From positions 669,600,001 through 669,664,000 of the forward strand of contig NW_027362763.1 in the NCBI RefSeq assembly GCF_046119375.1: a stretch of 64,000 nt of DNA, given 5' to 3'. Shown piece by piece: positions 1 through 11,101 of this stretch. The stretch comes from Phyllobates terribilis. Taxonomy: Eukaryota. A program made the translations under genes and the position numbers. The notes below the pieces were generated by a model. It was given only the letters and a program-made list of their open reading frames with translations. It did not search any database and was not told the DNA's origin. Each line of letters begins with the position of its first letter. Position 1 is the first letter of the stretch.

Positions 1-31
1 AGAGGCCAAGGAGGGATCTTAGGATTGCGTC

Positions 32-640
32 TAAAGCCCCCGTCTCACATAGCGAGATCCCTAGCGAGATCGCTGCTGAGTCACGGTTTTGGTGACGCAA
101 CAGCGACCTCACCAGCGATGTCGCTATGTGTGACACTTTGCAGCGATCAGGCCCCTGCTGTGAGGTCGCTGATCGCTGCAAAGTGTCCTGGACCATTTTT
201 TGGTCGTTGCCCTCCCGCTGGTCAGCACACATCGCTGTGTGTGACCAGCGGGAGCAGCGATCAGGCTGGTAACCATGATAAACATCGGGTTACTAGGGGC
301 ACACACGCGCACTTAGTAACCCGCTGTTTATCATGGTTACGAGCCTGCTAAAGTGAGCGGTAACCTCCCGCTCACCGTAGCAGAGTGGTAACCATGATAA
401 ACAACAGGTTACTAGGGCGTGTGTGCCCCTAGTAACCCGATGTCTATCATGGTTACCAGCCTGCTCCTGCTTCAACAGGCTGGTAACCAGGAGCAATACA
501 TCGTGGAAAGATTCTTTCCACGATGTCGCTGCTCCCCTGATCGTTGGTGAGCCTGCCTGTTTGACAGCTCACCAGCGACCACATAGCGACGCAGCAACGA
601 TCTATGCTATTTACAGCCTGTCAGCGCTGCATGCAGAAGT
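32..640. mobile_element. Multi-hairpin non-autonomous DNA element (MITE), probably T2/Kolobok-related, right end truncated
   Basis: Starts TAAAGCCCCCGTCTCACATAGCGAGATC. Contains repeated internal hairpins GGTAACCATGATAAACA..GGTTACTAG / TAGTAACCCG..TTTATCATGGTTAC (about 268-330 and 387-460) and CAGCGA/TCGCTG inverted motifs. No coding capacity. Confidence 0.65.
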
Positions 641-1020
641 TACTTTGAACGTGCTCTGCGCATTACCAAAGTTCCTGCCTCCTGGTGACCCCGATGTCGT
701 CATGACGACATCAGGTCACCATGACAACCACCAGGACCCAGCAGAGACAGCGCGGGACCCCGGAGAGGAGGTAAGTAAGCAGTGCTTACCTCCCCTTGCA
801 CCTGGAATGCTGCGATCGACTTCGATCGGAGTATTTCGGGGGTTAATGTGCAGGGAGTGGTGCGGCACCCCTCTTTGCACATAGTACCGGGTGTCAGCTG
901 TGACAATCAGCTGACACCCGGAGGCGATCGCGCCCGCACAACCTGTGTGCGGGCGAAATCGCCAGGGTGTACTAATACGTATCTGGCCCATAAGGCCCAG
1001 GGCACAGATCCATATTAGTA
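641..1020 (-). mobile_element. Terminal fragment of a T2/Kolobok-type non-autonomous element
   Basis: Reverse-complement similarity to 56400-56770 (shared GGGTGTCAGCTG..CAGCTGACACCCGG, GCGATCGCGC, TACTAATACG motifs), which is the left end of the TTAA-flanked element at 56377. Confidence 0.7.
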
Positions 1021-2725
1021 TGCCTTGGGTCAGAAAGGGGTTCATATTTAATTTGCTTAGACGAAGCCATAATTCTTCTTGTGTTCATAATCGTCTGTGG
1101 AAAACTTTGCAGCTTTACTGAATGATCCCTGGCAGAGGGAGCTCATTGGTGAACACGGATGAAAAGTTCATGGTTAATATCTCAGCCTTCTGTTTGTCCT
1201 CTATAATTATATTACTGTGATTATCTTTTAAGGTGCTGATGCCATCAGAGTTTTTGGGGGGCATTAATATATTTATATTTATAACATTTTTGGGGGATTT
1301 ATTTTAATGTTATTGGCGATTTCTTTCTCTGGTAACTTTGTAGCTTGATTTATTTTTTACAATTCCTAATGAGATCTTTATACTTCTGACTTCTCGGCCC
1401 TTTGTTTTTGTCTTATTATACTTTGAATTGTCAGATTTAATCATAATGGTTTCTTTTTATTTCTGGATATTTTGTTACCAGAGGGTATAATCTTCCTACA
1501 AGATTTTAGTACCATATCTTTAAACATGCCCACCCCATTTGTATACGGGATCCCCAGTTACCAGGACACGATCCCAATCTTCAAGACTGAGCTCTTCCAT
1601 TAATCACGTGAATTTTGATTTTCTAAAGTTCCAGGTTTTTATCTTTCCTCTTTGTAATCTTTTGCTGAATATTATATTGAAACTTCTCATATTGTGGTCT
1701 CTGCTACTCAAACGCTCATAGACCTGTAGATCTGAAAACTTACCGCTTTAAGCACAATCACAAGACACTATGTCCCATTGAATGTCTGGGGCGTTAAAAT
1801 CCCCCCTATTATTATTTGCTACCTTTTCCATTTGTTGCAGCATTTCATCCTGTACCAGTTCAGCTATATTAGGAGGCTTGTAGCAGACTTCAATTAGCAG
1901 CTTTCCATTGTTGTTATCCCCATGTACATTTACCCATACTGACTCTACATTGTCGCAGCTCCCCCCAATGTCGTCATTGAGCACAGGTCTTAAGTTGGAT
2001 TTAACACATACACCCCTGCACCTTTTTTTGTCTTTGCTGTCCTTTCTGAATGTAGTGTAACCCTCTACGTTTGTCACCCTGTCATGACTTTCATCCAGCC
2101 AGGTTTCCGTAATACCCATCACATCATATTCTGTGGCTGACATAAGGGTCTCCAATTCATTCATTTTGTTTGGAGGACTTTTTTGCATTCTCCAGCAGAC
2201 ATTTACTATTAGCACATTTATTACTCCTATTCACCTCCCTACTTTCCTTGCATATCCCAGCCCCCCCTAAATACTCATCAACTCTTAATGTCTCCCCATC
2301 TCTTTCTACTCTATCCCCTTTTTTGCACAACTACCTTCCCTCGCCCCAGATCCTAGTTTAAAAGCTCCTCCATCCGTCTGACCATTTTTCCCCCCAGCAC
2401 AGCTGCACCCTCACCATTGAGGTGCAGCCCGTCCCTACCAAAGAGCCTGTAGCCGACAGAGAAATTGACCCAGGTCTCCATGAACCCAAACCCTTCCTTC
2501 CTGCACCAATTTGTGCACCACTTATTTATCTCCTTAAGCTCCCGCTGTCTTTCTAGTGACGCTCGTGGCACCGGCAGTATTTTTGAAAACACCTTGGGGG
2601 TCCTAGACTTCAGCTTCTCACCTAGTTCCCTGTAATAGTTTTTAAGAACCTTCCATCTCTTTCTGACTTTGTCATTGGTACCAATGTGGACCATGACAGC
2701 TGGGTTTTCCTCAGCTCCACCCATC
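1021..2725 (-). mobile_element. Degenerate CR1 LINE fragment: ORF1 SGNH esterase C-terminus, ORF2 APE endonuclease and tether, no RT
   Basis: ORF 2353-2724 has VMVHIGTND..KILPVPRA..DGLHLNGEG (CR1 ORF1 esterase). ORF 1748-2215 has YDVMGITETWLDESHD..VCYKPPN (APE). Minus-strand frames at 1021-1700 give WNFRKSKF..IIPSGNK..RNKKKP and KAEIL..FSSVFTNE. Multiple stops and frameshifts. Confidence 0.85.
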
Positions 2726-2809
2726 CATCTGTCTATCCGATAAGCAATATGCTGAACTCGAGCACTTGACAGACAACACGCTGTTTAGCAATTATGTTTC
2801 TAAAATATG

Positions 2810-3430
2810 AGAGGTGGGAGGTGGGACCATGGGTTGCGGTATGTGTGTGAGAGAAGAGCAACCATGAGAAGCGGTCTGTGTGACAAAGGAGGCCATGGGC
2901 AACGATCTGTGTGAGAGAGGAGAGACCATGAGGAGCGGTCTGTGTGAGAGGGGGGACCATGAGGAGTGGTCTGTGTGAGAGAGAGGAGGCCATGGAGAGT
3001 GTTTTGTGTAAGAGGAAAGACCATGGGAAACGGTCTGTGAGAAAGGGGAGACCATGGGGAGCAGTCTGTGAGAGAGGGGAGGCCATGGGGAGTGTTTTGT
3101 GCGAGAGAGGGGAGACCATGGGGAGCGTTCTGTGTGTATGAGGAGAGACCATGGAGAGTGTTTTGTGTGAGAGAGGGGGAACCATCGGGAGCGGTCTGTG
3201 TGAGAGAGGGGGACCATGGGGAGCGGTCTGTGTGAGAGAGGGGGACCATGGGGAGCGGTCTGTGTGAGAGAGGGGGACCATGGGGAGTGGTCTGTGTGAG
3301 AGAGAGAGGACTATGGGGAGTGGTCTGTATGAGAGAGAGGTCCATGGAAAGCAGTCTATGTGAGAGAGGGGGCACAATGGGGAGTGGTCTGTGTGAGAGA
3401 GGGGGGACCATGGGGAGCGGTCTCTGTGTA
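2810..3430. repeat. 33-bp G-rich minisatellite, diverged distal block
   Basis: Degenerate copies of CATGGGGAGCGGTCTGTGTGAGAGAGGGGAGAC. Confidence 0.9.
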
Positions 3431-4261
3431 AGGGACCTAAGGTGGCTGTGATGGCGAGGGAATGTTGTACTCCTTCACCCCGTATCCCAAACAAAGACAA
3501 GAGTCCAAAACTTCCCATGTGGTAATTGTGTTGCATGGCACTTGCAGTTTGCTTGTAGTTCTGCATCATCTGCGATCCATTTCCTTCAGGGACCACCACT
3601 TGAACATTAACAGATTTCCACTCCATTTTTATATCAAAACACAACTTTACTTTCTTCTTTAGCATAGCAGAACATTCAGGGAAGGACAGTTACATTGGCA
3701 GAGTTAGTTATTTACACAGCACATGTTCTTGTTTATTGTCCATTTGTCCTGAGCTATCCCTTTTCTTAGCTGGCCACTTTGACCCTTGAGATAGCTGAGA
3801 TACTGCAGCCTTGTGATTCGGGACTAATCCTCGTCCGTCTAGTCCTCCACTTCCTGGAGGACTTAAAGGAAGCCACACCACTACCTCTTCTAGACTATAG
3901 GTCCCAAACGTGATGGGAAAGTCTTTGTCTGATTTACAGGCCGACAATCCTCTACTGCTGGACTGACCATGCTGTTGCTTTTTTCCCTGGTCCTGCCACA
4001 AGTGTCCTTTAACAGTCACTTCCTCCAGTCCCCACTGTCCTGCTCCTCCCACACTTTGCAACTCTTATTCTTTTAACTATTTCCTCCCTTAAATCTATTT
4101 TAAAGTGCCCACCTCTGCACTGTCCAGATCCTATCGAAACCTAAACTGCCCTTAAGCTAACAGGTCCGACAACTGTCACATACATGTTCGTATACATATA
4201 ATAAGAAGAGTATAATAAATTGTGCACAAGGAGGGAAGAGGCGCATGACCTTCACATGTCA

Positions 4262-7200
4262 CTCCCTTACATGTGTGAGAGAAGGGAGACCATGGGGAGC
4301 AGTCTGTGTGAGAGAGGGGAGACCATGGGGAGCAGTCTGTGTAAGAGAGGGAAGAACATGGGGAGCGGTGTGTGTGTGAGAGAGGGGAGACCATGGAGAG
4401 CGGTGTGTGTGTGAGAGGGGGAGACCATGGGGAGCGGTCTGTGTGAGAGGGGAGACCATGGGGAGTGGTCTGTGTGAGAGAGAGGAGACCATGGGAAGTG
4501 GTCTGTGTCAGAGAGGGGGGACCATGGGAAGTGGTCTGTGTGAGAAAGGGGGGACCATGGGGAGCGGTCTGTGTTAGAGAGGGGGGACCATGTGGAGTGG
4601 TCTGTGTGAGAAAGGGGGAACCATGGGGAGCGGTCTATGTGAGAGAGGGGAGACCATGAGGAGCAGTCTGTGTAAGAGAGGGGAGACCATGGGGAGCGGT
4701 CTGTGTACGAGAGGAGAGACCATGGGCAGCGGTGTGTGTGTGTGAGAGAGGGGAGACCATGGGGAGCGGTCTATGTGAGAGAGGGGAGACCATGGGGAGC
4801 GGTCTGTGTATGAGAGGAGAGACCATGGGCAGCGGTGTGTGTGTGTGTGAGAGAGGGGAGACCATGGGGAGCGGTCTATGTGAGAGAGGGGAGACCACTG
4901 GAAGCGGTCTGTGTGAGAGAGTGGAAGCCACAGGGAGCGGTCTGTGTGAGAGAGGGGAGACCATGGGAAGCGGTGTGTGTGTGAGAGAGGGGACACCATG
5001 GAGAGCGGTGTGTGTGTGAGAGGGGGAGACCATGGGGAGCGGTCTGTGTGAGAGGGGACACCATGGGGAGCAGTCTGTGTGAGAGAGGGGAGATCATGGG
5101 GAGCGGTCTGTGTGAGAGAGAGGGGACCATGGGGAGCGGTCTGTGTGACAGAGGGGAGATCATGGGGAGCGGTGTGTGTGACAGAGGGGAGACCATGGGG
5201 AGCGGTGTGTGTGACAGAGGGGAGACCATGGGGAGCGGTCTGTGTGAGAGAGGGGAGACCATGGGGAGCGGTCTGTGTGACAGAGGGGAGATCATGGGGA
5301 GCGGTGTGTGTGACAGAGGGGAGACCACGGGGAGCGGTCTGTGTGGGGGGAGACCATGGGGAGCGGTCTCTGTGAGAAAGGGGGGACTATGGGGAGCGGT
5401 CTGTGTGACAGAGGGGAGATCATGGGGAGCAGTCTGTGTGAGCGAGGGGAGACCATGGGAAGTGGTCTGCGTGAGAGAGGGGGGACCATGGGGGGAGCGG
5501 TCTGTGTGAGAGAGGGAGGACCATGGGGAGCGGTCTGTGTGAAAAAGGGGGGACCATGGGGAGCGGTCTGTGTGAGAGAGGGGAGACCATGGGGAGCGGT
5601 CTGTGTGAGAGAGGGGAGACCATGGGGAGCGGTCTGTGTGAGAGGGGAGACCATGGGGAGCTGTCTGTGTGAGAGGGGAGACCATGGGGAGCTGTCTGTT
5701 TGAGAGAGTGGAGACCATGGGGGGCTGTCTGTGTGAGAGAGAGGAGATCATGGGGAGCGGTCTGTGTGAGAGAGGGGAGACCATGGGGAGCGGTCTGTGT
5801 GAGAGGGGGGAGACCATGGGGAGCGGTCTGTGTGAGAGGGGGGAGACCATGGGGAGCGGTCTGTGTGAGAGAGGGGAGACCATGGGGAGCGGTCTGTGTG
5901 AGAGAGGGGAGACCATGGGGAGCGGTCTGTGTGACAGAGGGGAGACCATGGGGAGCGGTCTGTGTGAGAGAGGGGAGATCATTGGGAGCGGTGTGTGTGA
6001 CAGAGGGGAGACCATGGGGAGCGGTCTGTGTGAGAGAGGGGAGATCATGGGGAGCGGTGTGTGTGACAGAGGGGAGACCATGGGGAGCGGTCTGTGTGAG
6101 AGAGGGGGGACCATGGGGAGCGGTGTGTGTGACAGAGGGGAGACCACGGGGAGCGGTCTGTGTGGGGGGAGACCATGGGGAGCAGTCTGTGTGAGAGAGG
6201 GGAGATCATGGGGAGCGGTCTGTGTGAGAGAGAGGGGACCATGGGGAGCGGTCTGTGTGACAGAGGGGAGATCATGGGGAGCGGTGTGTGTGACAGAGGG
6301 GAGACCATGGGGAGCGGTCTGTGTGACAGAGGGGAGACCATGGGGAGCGGTCTGTGTGAGAGAGGGGAGACCATGGGGAGCGGTCTGTGTGACAGAGGGG
6401 AGATCATGGGGAGCGGTGTGTGTGACAGAGGGGAGACCACGGGGAGCGGTCTGTGTGGGGGGAGACCATGGGGAGCGGTCTCTGTGAGAAAGGGGGGACT
6501 ATGGGGAGCGGTCTGTGTGACAGAGGGGAGATCATGGGGAGCAGTCTGTGTGACAGGGGGGACTATGGGGAGCGGTCTGTGTGAGAAAGGGGGGACTATG
6601 AGGAGCGGTCTGTGTGAGAAAGGGGGGACTATGGGGAGCAGTCTGTGTGACAGAGGGGAGATCATGGGGAGCGGTGTGTGTGACAGAGGGGAGATCATGG
6701 GGAGCGGTCTGTGTGACAGAGGGGACACCATGGGGAGCGGTCTGTGTGAGAAAGGGGAGACCATGGGAAGCAGTGTGTGTGTGAGAGAGGGAGACCATGG
6801 AGAGCGGTGTGTGTGTGAGAGGGGAGACCATGGGGAGCGGTCTGTGTGTGAGAGGGGGGACCATGGGAAGTGGTCTGTGTGAGAGAGGGGGGACCATGGG
6901 GAGCGGTCTGTGTAAGAGAGGGGGGACCATGGGGAGAGTGGTCTGTGTGAGAACGGGGGGACCATGGGGAGCGGTCTGTGTGAGCGAGGGGAGACCATGG
7001 GAAGTGGTCTGCGTGAGAGAGGGGGGACCATGGGGGGAGCGGTCTGTGTGAGAGAGGGAGGACCATGGGGAGCGGTCTGTGTGAAAAAGGGGGGACCATG
7101 GGGAGCGGTCTGTGTGAAAGAGGGGAGACCATGGGGAGCGGTCTGTGTGAGAGAGGGGAGACCATGGGGAGCGGTCTGTGTGAGAGGGGAGACCATGGGG

Positions 7201-10200
7201 AGCTGTCTGTGTGAGAGGGGAGACCATGGGGAGCTGTCTGTTTGAGAGAGTGGAGACCATGGGGGGCTGTCTGTGTGAGAGAGAGGAGATCATGGGGAGC
7301 GGTCTGTGTGAGAGAGGGGAGACCATGGGGAGCGGTCTGTGTGAGAGAGGGGAGACCATGGGGAGCGGTCTGTGTGAGAGGGGAGACCATGGGGAGCTGT
7401 CTGTGTGAGAGGGGAGACCATGGGGAGCTGTCTGTGTGAGAGAGTGGAGACCATGGGGAGCTGGCTGTGTGAGAGAGAGGAGACCATGGGGAGCGGTCTG
7501 TGTGAGAGAGGGGAGACCATGGGAAGCGGTCTGTGTGAGAGAGGGGAGACCATGGGGAGCGGTATGTGAGAGAGGGGAGACCATGGGGTGCTGTCTGTGT
7601 GAGAGAGGGGAGACCATGGGGAGCGGTCTGTGTGAGAGAGGGGAGACCATGGTGAGCCGTCTGTGTGAGAGAGGGGAGACCATGGGGTGCTGTCTGTGTG
7701 AGAGAGGGGAGACCATGGGGAGCGGTCTGTGTGAGAGAGGGGAGACCATGGGGAGCGGTCTGTGTGAGAGAGGGGAGACCATGGGGAGCGGTCTGTGTGA
7801 GAGAGGGGAGACCATGGGGAGCGGTCTGTGTGAGAGAGGGGAGCCCATGGGGAGCGGTCTGTGTGAGAGAAGGGAGACCATGGGGTGCTGTCTGTGTGAG
7901 AGAGGGGAGACCATGGGGTGCTGTCTGTGTGAGAGAGGGGAGACCATGGGGAGCGGTCTGTGTGAGAGGGGAGACCATGGGGTGCTGTCTGTGTGAGAGA
8001 GGGGAGACCATGGGGTGCTGTCTGTGTGAGAGAGGGGAGACCATGGGGTGCTGTCTGTGTGAGAGAGGGGAGACCATGGGGAGCGGTCTGTGTGAGAGAG
8101 GGGAGACCATGGGGAGCGGTCTGTGTGAGAGAGGGGAGACCATGGGGAGCGGTCTGTGTGAGAGAGGGGAGACCATGGGGAGCGGTCTGTGTGAGAGAGG
8201 GGAGACCATGGGGTGCTGTCTGTGTGAGAGAGGGGAGACCATGGGGAGCAGTCTGTGTGAGAGAGGGGGGACCATGGGGTGCTGTCTGTGTGAGAGAGGG
8301 GAGACCACGGGGAGCGGTCTGTGTGAGAGAGGGGAGACCACGGGGAGCTGTCTGTGTGAGAGAGGGGAGACCATGGGGAGCAGTCTGTGTGAGAGAGGGG
8401 AGACCATGGGGAGCGGTCTGTGTGAGAGAGGGGAGACCATGGGGAGCGGTGTGTGAGAGAGGGGAGATCACGGGGAGCGGTCTGTGTGAGAGAGGGGAGA
8501 CCATGGGGTGCTGTCTGTGTGAGAGAGGGGAGACCACGGGGAGCAGTCTGTGTGAGAGAGGGGAGACCATGGGGAGCGGTCTGTGTGAGAGAGGGGAGAC
8601 CATGGGGAGCGATCTGTGTGAGAGAGGGGAGACCATGGGGAGCGATCTGTGTGGGAGAGGGGAGACCATGGGGAGCGGTCTGTGTGAGAGAGGGGAGCCC
8701 ATGGGGAGCGGTCTGTGTGAGAGAAGGGAGACCATGGGGTGCTGTCTGTGTGAGAGAGGGGAGACCATGGGGTGCTGTCTGTGTGAGAGAGGGGAGACCA
8801 TGGGGAGCGGTCTGTGTGAGAGAGGGGAGACCACGGGGAGCGGTCTGTGTGAGAGAGGGGAGACCATGGGGAGCGGTCTGTGTGAGAGAGGGGAGACCAT
8901 GGGGAGCGGTGTGTGAGAGAGGGGAGATCACGGGGAGCGGTCTGTGTGAGAGAGGGGAGACCATGGGGTGCTGTCTGTGTGAGAGAGGGGAGACCACGGG
9001 GAGCAGTCTGTGTGAGAGAGGGGAGACCATGGGGAGCGGTCTGTGTGAGAGAGGGGAGACCATGGGGAGCGATCTGTGTGAGAGAGGGGAGACCATGGGG
9101 AGCGGTCTGTGTGAGAGAGGGGAGCCCATGGGGAGCGGTCTGTGTGAGAGAAGGGAGACCATGGGGTGCTGTCTGTGTGAGAGAGGGGAGACCATGGGGT
9201 GCTGTCTGTGTGAGAGAGGGGAGACCATGGGGAGCGGTCTGTGTGAGAGAGGGGAGACCATGGGGTGCTGTCTGTGTGAGAGAGGGGAGACCATGGGGTG
9301 CTGTCTGTGTGAGAGAGGGGAGACCATGGGGTGCTGTCTGTGTGAGAGAGGGGAGACCATGGGGTGCTGTCTGTGTGAGAGAGGGGAGACCACGGGGTGC
9401 TGTCTGTGTGAGAGAGGGGAGACCACGGGGAGCGGTCTGTGTGAGAGAGGGGAGACCATGGGGAGCGGTCTGTGTGAGAGAGGGGAGACCATGGGGAGCG
9501 GTGTGTGTGAGAGAGGGGAGATCACGGGGAGCGGTCTGTGTGAGAGAGGGGAGACCATGGGGTCCTGTCTGTGTGAGAGAGGGGAGACCACGGGGAGCGG
9601 TCTGTGTGAGAGAGGGGAGACCATGGGGAGCGGTCTGTATGAGAGAGGGGAGACCATGGGGAGCGGTCTGTGTGACAGAGGGGAGACCATGTGGAGCGGT
9701 GTGTGAGAGAGGGGAGACCACGGGGAGCGGTCTGTGTGAGAGAGGGGAGACCACGGGGAGCGGTCTGTGTGAGAGAGGGGAGACCACGGGGAGCGGTCTG
9801 TGTGAGAGAGGAGAACCATGGGGAGCAGTCTGTGTAAGAGAGGGGAGACCATGGGGACCGTTCTGTGTGAGAGAGGAGAACCATGGGGAGCGGTGTATGT
9901 GAGAAAGGGTAGACCACGGGGAGCGGTCTGTGTGAGAGAGGGGAGACCATGGGGAGCGGTCTGTGTGAGAGAGGGGAGACCACGGGGAGCGGTCTGTGTG
10001 ACAGAGGGGAGACCATGGGGAGCGGTCTGTGTGACAGAGGGGGGACCACGGGGAGCGGTCTGTGTGACAGAGGGGAGACCATGGGGAGCGGTGTGTGTGT
10101 GAGAGGGGAGACCATGGGGAGCGGTCTGTGTGACAGAGGGGAGACCATGGGGAGCGGTGTGTGTGACAGAGGGGAGACCACGGGGAGCGGTCTGTGTGGG

Positions 10201-10445
10201 GGGAGACCATGGGGAGCGGTCTGTGTGGGGGGAGACCATGGGGAGCGGTCTGTGTGAGAGAGGGGAGATCATGGGGAGCGGTGTGTGTGAGAGAGGGGAG
10301 ATCATGGGGAGCGGTGTGTGTGAGAGAGGGGAGATCATGGGGAGCGGTGTGTGTGAGAGGGGAGATCACGGGGAGCGGTCTGTGTGAGAGAGGGGAGACC
10401 ATGGGGAGCGGTCTGTGTGAGAGAGGGGAGACCACGGGGAGCGGT
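4262..10445. repeat. 33-bp G-rich minisatellite, main array (~6.2 kb) with higher-order duplications
   Basis: Unit CATGGGGAGCGGTCTGTGTGAGAGAGGGGAGAC, translating as MGSGLCERGET (11 aa = 33 nt). It generates the many spurious long ORFs at 4176-10556. Confidence 0.97.
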
Positions 10446-10750
10446 TACTGGCTCCTTTCTGGTCTCAGTGATCTGTTGGAGGAGGCTGCTCTGTGTAGTT
10501 GTATAATCTTGTATCCTAGATACTACAGAACCTTTGGTGATGTCATGGTGATGTGATCAGTTACATGAGGGGAGGAGCAAAGCAATGGATATTTCCTGTC
10601 ATGTGACCAGCAGATCACATGGCAGTGACATCACCACAGGTCCTGTATCCCAGGATACCACATAACAGACCAGTGATCGTTCGGTAGGTGAGCTGCTTTG
10701 TCTCTTTCCTCTCTGTATAACTCTGTGAGTTCCCTATACCACAGGTGCAG

Positions 10751-10765
10751 CCAGCAGGGGGCAGC
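10751..10765 (+). promoter_or_regulatory. Candidate CTCF core motif
   Basis: CCAGCAGGGGGCAGC closely matches the CTCF core consensus CCASYAGRKGGCRS. Motif match only. Confidence 0.35.
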
Positions 10766-11101
10766 TTCTCCTTCACAGTCTCTGCTCCCATGTTTGTTGT
10801 CCCTGGATATTCTGGAGATAATAATAATAATAATAATAGTTTATTTTTATAGCGCCAACATATTCCGCAGCACTTTACAAATTTTAGGGGGGACTTATAC
10901 AGACAATACAGAATAAGCATATCTCATATCGAACGGAGTGAGGGCCCTGCTCGCGAGCTTACAGTCTATGAGGAAGTGGGGGAGACACAAAAGGTAAAAA
11001 GTACATATATTGTATAATGCAGCCTTGATATACTGAATAGGATAAATAATAATACATGGACTGGTCGCCAGCCAGTATGTGTGCAGTCCTGACAGAGGCT
11101 A

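Noticed and set aside
3431-4261. Unique spacer between the two minisatellite blocks, possibly a Tx1/L1 ORF1-ORF2 junction relic on the minus strand
   Set aside because: Only a weak SLNV-like hint amid many stops; not enough to call.
4262-10445. CRISPR-like regularity
   Set aside because: Units are contiguous with no unique spacers, no cas genes are present, and the context is a eukaryotic genome.
2733-10556. Very long ORFs (up to 1268 aa) on both strands
   Set aside because: They are translations of the 33-bp minisatellite (MVSPLSHRPLP / MGSGLCERGET / REGRPWGAVCV repeats), open in many frames at once, with no domain content.
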